The notes under the pieces are model-generated. The model did no database searches, had not been told where the DNA came from, and was given only the letters and a program-made list of their open reading frames with translations. A program made the position numbers and the translations under genes. Below are positions 38,213-46,132 of a DNA stretch of 64,000 bases, piece by piece. Origin of the DNA: Candidatus Aminicenantes bacterium (GTDB lineage: Bacteria > Acidobacteriota > Aminicenantia > Aminicenantales > Aminicenantaceae); contig JAFGMO010000018.1 in the NCBI GenBank assembly GCA_016927475.1, positions 13,373 through 77,372 of the forward strand, read 5' to 3'. Numbering within the stretch: the stretch's first letter is position 1; every line of letters begins with the position of its first letter.

Positions 38213-38452
38213 TCATGCAGCAAATTCTTTACACCAGGCTAGTCCGACCGTGCAAAAAGAAGCCATACCTGCACCAAAGATAACATTGGCAACACCGCTG
38301 ACTCCTGCTGCGAATAAGCATCTGATATAGGCTGCTGTGCACTCGCTCTCGTCCCATCCCTCCAGAATGGGGGGCGCCATCACCTGTGCCAGGCATAGCA
38401 CCAGCAGTACGGTCGCCGTGACCGCCGTGAGGGATTTTGTATTCCTTTTCAT
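38213..38452 (-). CDS. Small secreted Cys4 protein (paralog 2 of tandem pair)
   Basis: Signal peptide MKRNTKSLTAVTATVLLVLCLAQVMA; mature region ECTAAYIRC...FCTVGLAWCKEFAA. Alignable with 37975..38205 (Y..C, G..G, FCT(I/V)GL..C). Confidence 0.4.
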   Translation of the reverse strand: MKRNTKSLTAVTATVLLVLCLAQVMAPPILEGWDESECTAAYIRCLFAAGVSGVANVIFGAGMASFCTVGLAWCKEFAA

Positions 38453-38627
38453 AGGACCTCCTTGATAAAATATTTTGTGAAGCCCATCCTTTGCCGTGTG
38501 CCTGCTTTCACTATATTGACGGTTATCGTGCTCAAAAATTCTCTATGTCACATCTTTTCCCCCTAGGATAATGAGATAAACTTGACAAATGCAAAACTCT
38601 TCTTACATTTTATTTGGGGAGAATAAG

Positions 38628-39098
38628 ATGTTTCAGGATTTTGGCATAGGGCCTTCACGTGATTTGGTGCAGCTCATCGAGCAAAGTGCTGATGAACTGA
38701 CTAAAAGTTGTCTCAAGGATCTGGGATCTCACTGGGGGACTCCCACCTATCATACATATGATGAGCGGGAACTGTACCAACGGGCCTATACTGTCTACAG
38801 TCAACTGGGAAAATGGATATCCAGAGCTACATCCAAAGAAGATATCGCACGCCACTACATGGCCCTCGGCGCCCAGCGCCGGAAGGAAGGATTTCCTCTG
38901 GCCGAGGTCGTTCAGGCTTTGATTTTGATCCGCCGCCATCTGTGGTTTAAGGTGCTGCGGTCGGGATTTCTCGACACTGCGCTTGAACTCAACCAGGCTC
39001 TGGACCTGAACAACAGGGTGTTGATTTTTTTTGACAGGGCTATTTATTATACCTGTAAGGGTTATGAACAAGAACTGATGTTTCCAGAGGGAAGTTGA
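38628..39098 (+). CDS. Hypothetical cytoplasmic protein
   Basis: ATG with GGGGA RBS; no signal peptide; no recognisable motifs. Confidence 0.35.
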   Translation: MFQDFGIGPSRDLVQLIEQSADELTKSCLKDLGSHWGTPTYHTYDERELYQRAYTVYSQLGKWISRATSKEDIARHYMALGAQRRKEGFPLAEVVQALILIRRHLWFKVLRSGFLDTALELNQALDLNNRVLIFFDRAIYYTCKGYEQELMFPEGS

Positions 39099-39233
39099 AC
39101 CTGAGCCGGATTTCTTGTTTTTCTTTCCTTGTTGGCTTCCTTTTTTTCCATTATTTTTAAGATTGACTTGGAACAAGGGGTTTGGTATACATTTTTAAGT
39201 TTAAACAACAGCAATTTATAATCGTAAAAATCA

Positions 39234-40778
39234 GTGAAAGAAAAAACTCGAGCAGTCCTCCTGTTTTTTTTGGTTTTTTATCTAACCGTACCGACATCTT
39301 TTCCCTTACTTTGTGCGGAGACTCTAACCCTGGTTCATACCAATGATATTCACGGTATTTATAAGCCTTTTACCCGGCTGGTCGGCGGTCATGAACGGTT
39401 TATAGGAGGTATGGAAGCCCTCAGCCATTATCTGGATTTAATCCGCCGGAATATGCCCCATGTTTTTATTTTTGATAAGGGCGATTTGTTGACGGGTACC
39501 CTGGCCGCAGACCTGAAATACAAGGGGATCTACGGCGGAGTGATGATTGAATTCCTCAACCTCCTGGGTTATGACCTGTGGTGTTTCGGTAACCATGATT
39601 TCGACCGTGGAAAGGACAATGTTCTGAAGCTTGCCGGGGCAGCCCGGTTTCCTGCGGTTTCGGCTAATATCGTTTATGAGGAAAATGGGCGGCTTTTTTT
39701 CCCGCATCCTTACAAGATCCTGTCCGCCGGGAACCTTCAGGTAGGAGTCATAGGTGTTATGGAGGATCATTTTTTAAAGGAAGTCTCGCGGGAAATGACC
39801 CGGGGATTAGCGGTTGTTCCCTCCATCGAAGCTTTAAAGAAATACGTAGTGGAGCTGGAAACGGAAACGGATATCATTGTGGTTCTCTACCATGGTTGGT
39901 TCAAGGAAGGTGTGGAAATCGCCCGGCAGGTTCCCCATATCGATGTTGTTCTGGTAGCATCCGAGGATGGTAAATTCGAAAATGTCGATGGAGTTTTAGT
40001 CCAGTCGACCATCGGACATCTGGAGACAATGGGTTTACTGAAGCTTGAAGTGGAGAACGGCGAAATTGTGAGTTATGAACCTGAATTGATTCGGCTATGG
40101 GCCGATGTTCCTTTGGAGCCTTCAGCCGAAGTAAAGGCTTTTGTTCAAGAAATTGAGGGAAAAATCGATAAAGAATACGAGATTGTCATCGGCCGGGCTG
40201 AAAAAGATATGAGCCGAAGGGGCAACATGAAGGAAAATCCTCTTGGAAACTGGATTGCGGATGCCTTATGCTGGAAATGCGGCTCGCAGATCGGGCTCAT
40301 AAACAGCGGCGCGGTACGGGCGGACATCAAGAAAGGACCAATCACGAAGGCGGATATTTTCCATGTTTCCCCTTTTCACAATACGGTAGTTGTTTTCCGT
40401 CTCAATGGACGTCAATTGAGGGCCGCCCTTGAATTTGACATAGAAAAAGAATACGACCGGATCCAGGTATCGGGACTGAAATATTCTTATTTTTCTAAGA
40501 ACGACAAGCCGTTTGGAAACCGGATCGAGAAACTTACCGTTGGTGAGGAACTTGTTGTTGACGCCGGAAAAATCCTTCTTCCGGACCGCTTATTCAAGGT
40601 GGCCAGTATTGACTATCTGGCTGAGCACGCAGAGGATAAATATTTTGGATTTCCTATCGAGAAAATAGAAAGTTCTTCAGCTTCCCTATGTCAAGTTCTG
40701 ACAGAATGGTTGAAAACGTTCAAAAAACTCGATTACGGTATCGAGGGAAGGATCGTTCTTTTGAAGTCGAAATTTTAA
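39234..40778 (+). CDS. Secreted bifunctional metallophosphatase/5'-nucleotidase (UshA family)
   Basis: Signal peptide; LTLVHTNDIHG, GNHDFD metallophosphatase motifs; C-terminal 5'-nucleotidase substrate-binding domain. Confidence 0.75.
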   Translation: MKEKTRAVLLFFLVFYLTVPTSFPLLCAETLTLVHTNDIHGIYKPFTRLVGGHERFIGGMEALSHYLDLIRRNMPHVFIFDKGDLLTGTLAADLKYKGIYGGVMIEFLNLLGYDLWCFGNHDFDRGKDNVLKLAGAARFPAVSANIVYEENGRLFFPHPYKILSAGNLQVGVIGVMEDHFLKEVSREMTRGLAVVPSIEALKKYVVELETETDIIVVLYHGWFKEGVEIARQVPHIDVVLVASEDGKFENVDGVLVQSTIGHLETMGLLKLEVENGEIVSYEPELIRLWADVPLEPSAEVKAFVQEIEGKIDKEYEIVIGRAEKDMSRRGNMKENPLGNWIADALCWKCGSQIGLINSGAVRADIKKGPITKADIFHVSPFHNTVVVFRLNGRQLRAALEFDIEKEYDRIQVSGLKYSYFSKNDKPFGNRIEKLTVGEELVVDAGKILLPDRLFKVASIDYLAEHAEDKYFGFPIEKIESSSASLCQVLTEWLKTFKKLDYGIEGRIVLLKSKF

Positions 40779-40830
40779 CGGCAACGATATGCCGCTTTTT
40801 TGGGTTGTATTCATATCATCTTTAACCTGC

Positions 40831-41077
40831 ATTATTCATAAATTTGGCCGACACCGACAGATAAATTCAATATTATGTATCATTTAATGGTGATTTTGAG
40901 TAAAATTTAAAATGAAACATTTTCCATGACTGTTTTAAAGAAAATGTCGGCCAAATTTACCCTTTGGGCGAGCCGATCTTACCGCCTCTGCTTTGTTGCA
41001 GCCTGTTCGCGGTGCCGAGCACAGCTTCACAGGCTGACGCCTCACATCTGCGGCAAGCTTGACTCGTGAATAATACA
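40831..41077. repeat. 247-bp structured intergenic element, copy 2
   Basis: Same length and orientation as the copy at 28495..28741; conserved ends and 3' core (GCGAGCCGATCTTACCGC...TTCGCGGTGCCGAGCACAGCTTCACAG...CGGCAAGCTTG); divergent central ~80 nt. Confidence 0.6.
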
Positions 41078-41101
41078 GGTTAATACAAAGGGAGGAAAAA
41101 A

Positions 41102-41893
41102 ATGATGAAGAAGAGCCGCAGTGTGTTAACGGGTTTTTTAGGCTGTTTTCTCGTTGGAGTTGTGGCGACAGGAAAGAACGTATCCCAGTCTTCGGATTCG
41201 AATCTATTGATACATCGAATCGCCGAGCGAATGGAACTTTTTCCTGAATATTCCGATTGGGAAGCCTATGTCATCACCCGGATAACAGAGATGGACAAAA
41301 ACTGGAAGCCCAAAAAGAGAACTATCATTCATAAGCGGGTGCGGAGTGTGGGGAATACGAGGTCGGAAGATATTCTCCATGCCGTAGAAACGAAAAAGGA
41401 TGAATCCAAGGATGTGACCGAAAAGTATCGAGAAAGAGCCAGGAAAGCCGAAGAAAAAGCCGCCAGAGAGGAGGATAATAAAGATAAAAACGGCGGCAGT
41501 TTTTCCGTGAACCTTGAGGAACTGTTTCCTTTCAGCGACGATAGAAGGGACCGTTATGACTTCAAACAGGAGAAAGACGACATTTTGGGTGGGGAAAAGG
41601 TTCATGTCTTTTCGGTGAGAGCCAAGGAAAAAACGGAAAAAATGTGGGAAGGGAAGTATTATTTTGATACCGACGATCTTTTGCTTCTTAAATTTGAACT
41701 TTCTCCCGCAAAAACCCCAAGATTCGTTAAAAATGCGGAGATGGCCATGACTTTTGCCGTTGGTCCACAGGGCCATTTTATCTTCAAAACGGTCAAAATG
41801 CTCATCAACGGCGGGATATTCATCAAACATATCAGGATGGTTTACGAGGAGGAATATTCCGAGTTTAACGTCTTGGAACATCGGCCGGACTGA
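41102..41893 (+). CDS. Hypothetical secreted protein, Lys/Glu-rich
   Basis: AAGGGAGG RBS; signal peptide MMKKSRSVLTGFLGCFLVGVVA. Chosen over the antisense ORF 41204..41911. Confidence 0.45.
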   Translation: MMKKSRSVLTGFLGCFLVGVVATGKNVSQSSDSNLLIHRIAERMELFPEYSDWEAYVITRITEMDKNWKPKKRTIIHKRVRSVGNTRSEDILHAVETKKDESKDVTEKYRERARKAEEKAAREEDNKDKNGGSFSVNLEELFPFSDDRRDRYDFKQEKDDILGGEKVHVFSVRAKEKTEKMWEGKYYFDTDDLLLLKFELSPAKTPRFVKNAEMAMTFAVGPQGHFIFKTVKMLINGGIFIKHIRMVYEEEYSEFNVLEHRPD

Positions 41894-41920
41894 CGAATAA
41901 CACATGTGCACATGTGCTAT

Positions 41921-44023
41921 TCACAGGAAGACCATAATCCACAGCAGAAGGATAATCAGGCCTACCAGAAGCCAGCTTCCTCCGAATCCCAGCAAGTCCA
42001 GACGTGTCGGCTTCATAAATTCCCAGTTGGAGCGGGGAAAGAGCTTGTTTTGTTTGTATCGCTCAGGATGTTGGTAGGCCTCAGCCAGCGTTTTTTTATC
42101 TTCGTCTTCCGTCCTCTGAACGGGCGTGTTCATCTTGGTGAAAAAACGGTCCAAGTGTTCCTTGGGAGCCGGGCGGGTTACGAGGGAGAATATAAATAGA
42201 AGAAAGAAGGGGAAAAAAGCGTCAAAGAAAAACCTTGCTGCAACAAGCTGAGCTTTGCTGAAATGTGAAAAATCGATTCCCAGCCAGTTCAAAACCCAGA
42301 TTTCGGCATGAAAGCGACCGAATCCTGCTTTGGGCGAATCGGGATTTTTGGGATCCAGGCTGGCTACATTCTCAAAAAAAATGCCTGTCGGTGGAATGAT
42401 ATGGGCTTTTTTGATGCTCTGACCGACATGATCGGCCAGGCCGTTTTTGACGTCTTCAGCCAGAGCTCCGGTGGTGATGACGACTGATTTCGGCTGTGTT
42501 TCTTGAAGAAAGGCCGGATGATGCCTGGCCCAGTTCATAGCCTGGAAGAGATTGGGGATGAGAGCATAGATGATCAAACAGATAATAATCTGGATAATAA
42601 CCGCGGCTTTGGACAGTCGTCTCCAGATAAAACCAAGCCAGATGGAGGCGCCGTAAATGGCCGGAATGGAGATGATGTATTTGAAAAGTTCCAACAAGTT
42701 GTTGATAAAAAGGGCCACGACGATCCCGCCAAGGAGTGTGATTCCGATAATGATGCGTCCAACAAACAGATAATGTTTTTCCGAACGGCCGGGAAGGAAA
42801 GGTTCATAGAGATTTCTGATGAAGAGGGCCGAGTAGGAAACCGATCCCGCGTCGAGGGTTGACATGTTGGCGGCCAGGATGCCGACCAGCATAAGCCCGA
42901 TTGCTCCGGGAAAAAGAAGGTCCTTGGTCATAAATCCCCAAATTAAGTCGGGATCGTGTATCTTTCTGAAATATAGGCCTATGGCCAGAAGCCCCGCCAG
43001 GGCCCAGAAAATCATGATAAATCGTTTGAAAAACATACCGGCGATCATTCCGAACCGGGCTGTGTTCTCATCCTTGGCTGATCCGGCCGTCTGCATCCCC
43101 GATGAGACGGCGATAATGGAGACTAGGTTGGCCATAACCATAGCCAGGATGGTGTACCAGGCGTATTCACTCATGGTCACCGAACCGAAAAGCTCGAACA
43201 TGTAATCCGGAACCGAAGCGTGGAGTCCGCTGAAGCCGCCGATTTTATGCAGACCGATAGGGATCAAAATCAAAGAAAAAGTGATGATCAGCATGCCCTG
43301 AATGGCGTCGGTGATGGCCGCGGCCCTGAAACCTCCCATCATGGTGTAAATCCCCACGATAACGGCATAGATAAAATAGAAAAAAACGGGGTTGGTGTGT
43401 GATATAAAGGAACGCAGCTCGCCTTTTTTATTCTTTTCATTGAGGATGGTAAACCGGGTTTCTTCTTCAGGACTGAGCCCTGTACGCCGGCTGCGCAAAT
43501 CTTGAAATTCCCTGAACTGCTCAACACTTAGCTTTTCTTCATAGGAGTATTGGTCTGGAGATTTGGGAGTCATGGCCACCATGGTTTTTGCCGCCACCAT
43601 ATAGCCCACTCCTCCGCCCAGCAGGGATAGAAGCAGAGTGAAAACAGCGTAGCTTCCTCCCAGGAATTTACTGCGAAATCTTTCCGTAAAATAGTCACCG
43701 ATAGTGGTCAAACGAACGCGGCGGAAAAAAAACGTCGAGAACCAATAGAAAGGTGTTAAAAAAAGAACCAGATACTGGATCCACATGCCGCCGATGCCCT
43801 GACGATAGATCTCCCGGGATACGGCTACGGCTTGATCTGCATTGGTCGAGCAGCCGAAATTCAGGAAAAATTGGGTGAATTTACCCAGTTTGCGTCCGGC
43901 AAGGAAAAAATCACCGGTATCTTTTGTTTTGCCTGCCGCCTTTTTGCCCAGCCAGAGGATGACCAGGATATAAATTAAAATGATGCCGATATCGAGTATG
44001 TGCAGTCCCCAGATATACATCAC
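41921..44023 (-). CDS. Sodium:solute symporter (SSS) family transporter with extended loops
   Basis: N-terminal ...DFFLAGRKLG SSS signature, then 13 or more hydrophobic helices; 700 aa. Confidence 0.7.
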   Translation of the reverse strand: MMYIWGLHILDIGIILIYILVILWLGKKAAGKTKDTGDFFLAGRKLGKFTQFFLNFGCSTNADQAVAVSREIYRQGIGGMWIQYLVLFLTPFYWFSTFFFRRVRLTTIGDYFTERFRSKFLGGSYAVFTLLLSLLGGGVGYMVAAKTMVAMTPKSPDQYSYEEKLSVEQFREFQDLRSRRTGLSPEEETRFTILNEKNKKGELRSFISHTNPVFFYFIYAVIVGIYTMMGGFRAAAITDAIQGMLIITFSLILIPIGLHKIGGFSGLHASVPDYMFELFGSVTMSEYAWYTILAMVMANLVSIIAVSSGMQTAGSAKDENTARFGMIAGMFFKRFIMIFWALAGLLAIGLYFRKIHDPDLIWGFMTKDLLFPGAIGLMLVGILAANMSTLDAGSVSYSALFIRNLYEPFLPGRSEKHYLFVGRIIIGITLLGGIVVALFINNLLELFKYIISIPAIYGASIWLGFIWRRLSKAAVIIQIIICLIIYALIPNLFQAMNWARHHPAFLQETQPKSVVITTGALAEDVKNGLADHVGQSIKKAHIIPPTGIFFENVASLDPKNPDSPKAGFGRFHAEIWVLNWLGIDFSHFSKAQLVAARFFFDAFFPFFLLFIFSLVTRPAPKEHLDRFFTKMNTPVQRTEDEDKKTLAEAYQHPERYKQNKLFPRSNWEFMKPTRLDLLGFGGSWLLVGLIILLLWIMVFL

Positions 44024-44085
44024 TTTTCCGGACTATGTTTTTACACAGGAAATCGGAGGAAGTCAACCGGGACGGAATTGAAGTT

Positions 44086-44281
44086 CCCCCAATTTTTTAA
44101 GTTTTCTTGGAAACATCAGTGGCATCATATATGGAGGGGTCCTGTCACGGCTCTTCCCCATCCTCGCTGTCGCTCCGGGTGGGGAGCCCCTTCGCCGCGC
44201 CACCCCTTTTTTCTCATCGAGAGCCCCCTTCATCTTGCCCTGCTTCTGTGCATGTGATGAAAACTTAAAAAATTGGGGTTG
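44086..44281. repeat. 20-bp perfect inverted repeat pair (CCCCAATTTTTTAAGTTTTC / GAAAACTTAAAAAATTGGGG) bracketing a GC-rich ~150-bp segment
   Basis: Read directly from the sequence; the inside is GC-rich (GGCTCTTCCCCATCC...GGGTGGGGAGCCCC local hairpin) in an otherwise AT-rich 450-bp intergenic region. Confidence 0.5.
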
Positions 44282-44479
44282 AGCACCAAGGTGAGGGAGC
44301 GATTAAAGGTACCCCAAAAATGGTGTGTTTCCCTTCATCGAATCGCTATCTTATGTTTTTTCTATTGTTTGCACAAAAATTAATGCCATTTTTGGGGGAT
44401 CTCCTCTTACGGAACAGCAAGTACGGCTTGATGTTTTTTGTTCTTTATTGGAAACTATCTTTATTGGAAACTATATGGT

Positions 44480-46078
44480 ATGGCGGAACACACCTTTGTT
44501 CGAACGGGAAAACCGGAATTCGACAACTTAGTTCCCAGGATAAAATCTTTCCTGGATAAGGATTCTCTGGACTGCGAAATCGATGGGGTGAAGATTAGGG
44601 GATATCGTTCTCCCGATGCACGATCGGTCTGGATTCGTGATTTTAGCGACATGCTTCGTGGTGTTAAATATTTCGAAAAGGATGTGACAAGTGCGGTGGA
44701 GCATTTCGCTGCAACACAGGCGGCAAACGGGCGAATTTTTGATTATTTCACCATCTTCCCGGAGAAGCTTCCTTGTGAGAAGGAAAATTGGACAAAATAT
44801 GTGAGGGTCCCCGTGGAAGCTGATGTTGAATACCGCTTCGTTAAGGCGGCTTATCTTGCCTGGCAGGCGGCAGGTGAAAACGGCTGGATCCAAAGGCTTC
44901 TTCCAAGCATGGAAAAAGCGCTTCATTATGTGATGTCTCATCCCTGGAGATGGGATACCGGTACAGGGCTCGTCAAGCGTGCTTACACCATCGATACCTG
45001 GGATTTTGCCTACACGGCCGGTAAACATGATTGGCTTCAGTTCCGGATCGATAAAGATACGTATTGGGGCATTATGCATGGAGACAATAGCGGATACTAC
45101 GAGGCCTTCCGGTTGATGTCCTGGTTATATTCACATTTTGGGGAAAAAAAGAAAGCCGATTTCTGGGCAAAACGGGCTGCGGAGCTTAGGAGGAATATGA
45201 ATTCCGTTTGTTGGAACGGAAGATTCTATACCCATTTCGTTAAGCTGGTTCCGGTAAAAATTCCTGGTGTGGATGAAGAGATACAGTTGAGTCTCAGCAA
45301 TCCCATGGACATAAACCGGGGAGTGGCCACCCATAAAATGGCGATCTCCATTATTGACGAATACGTACGGCGTAAAGAGGAAGGAACTGCTTTTGCCGAG
45401 TGGTTTTCCATCGATCCCCCATTTCCTGATGGAGTTTTTGGTGAAAAGAAGCTGGTGAAAGGGGCTTATATCAATGGTGGTATCATGCCTCTTGTCGGCG
45501 GCGAATTGGCCAAGGCGGCCCTGGAACACGGACGGGAATCCTACGGAGTGGATATCCTTCGACGGTATAGTGCATTGACGGCGATGTCCGGAGAGACCTA
45601 TCTCTGGTATTTTCCGGACGGCTCTCCTTTAAGTCTGGAAGCGAGCACCAGTCCCGAGGCTTCCCCTACGGACGGCTGGGGGTCAAGCGCCATGCTTTTT
45701 GCCTTTTTGGAAGGCCTTGCCGGAATTCAAGACCACAGCAAGCTTTTTTTGGATGTCACTCTTTCCCCCCGATGGGCGGCGGCCGGTGTGGATGAGGCGG
45801 AAGTGCGGCTTGCTTACCGGGAAGGAGAGAGTACGTTTGCTTATGACTACAAAAGAAAAGGGGATGGGATTTCCCTCAGAGTGGCGGGGCCGGGCGGAAG
45901 AGTCAGATGTCATGTCCTTCTGCCTGATGGATTTCAGGCCGCGAATGTGGCTGCTCGCCGTAGAGAACTCCCCTTTGCCAATGAGCTTGTGGAGGACAGT
46001 CCGTATGTAAATTTTTCTGTTGCCGTCCGTCCGGAGACCGAAATCCACATAAGGCTGGAAAAAAAGAAGGATTTTTAA
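44480..46078 (+). CDS. Hypothetical protein, possibly (alpha/alpha)6-barrel glycoside-hydrolase-like
   Basis: Start at MAEHTF (the alternative at 44438 would read through a tandem repeat). Trp/Tyr-rich; resembles GH15/GH63/GH116-type catalytic domains only loosely. Confidence 0.35.
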   Translation: MAEHTFVRTGKPEFDNLVPRIKSFLDKDSLDCEIDGVKIRGYRSPDARSVWIRDFSDMLRGVKYFEKDVTSAVEHFAATQAANGRIFDYFTIFPEKLPCEKENWTKYVRVPVEADVEYRFVKAAYLAWQAAGENGWIQRLLPSMEKALHYVMSHPWRWDTGTGLVKRAYTIDTWDFAYTAGKHDWLQFRIDKDTYWGIMHGDNSGYYEAFRLMSWLYSHFGEKKKADFWAKRAAELRRNMNSVCWNGRFYTHFVKLVPVKIPGVDEEIQLSLSNPMDINRGVATHKMAISIIDEYVRRKEEGTAFAEWFSIDPPFPDGVFGEKKLVKGAYINGGIMPLVGGELAKAALEHGRESYGVDILRRYSALTAMSGETYLWYFPDGSPLSLEASTSPEASPTDGWGSSAMLFAFLEGLAGIQDHSKLFLDVTLSPRWAAAGVDEAEVRLAYREGESTFAYDYKRKGDGISLRVAGPGGRVRCHVLLPDGFQAANVAARRRELPFANELVEDSPYVNFSVAVRPETEIHIRLEKKKDF

Positions 46079-46132
46079 AACGGTCTGCATTGAGGTATAT
46101 TTAATCCTAGTTACAATTTTGGAAGGGTAACA

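Noticed and set aside
41204-41911. 235-aa minus-strand ORF overlapping 41102..41893
   Set aside because: The plus-strand ORF has a strong RBS (AAGGGAGG), an N-terminal signal peptide and coherent composition; the minus ORF lacks these.
44000-44257. 85-aa ORF spanning the inverted-repeat/GC-rich leader
   Set aside because: Overlaps the SSS transporter start on the opposite strand. His/Pro/Arg-rich nonsense composition. The region is better explained as a structured non-coding element.
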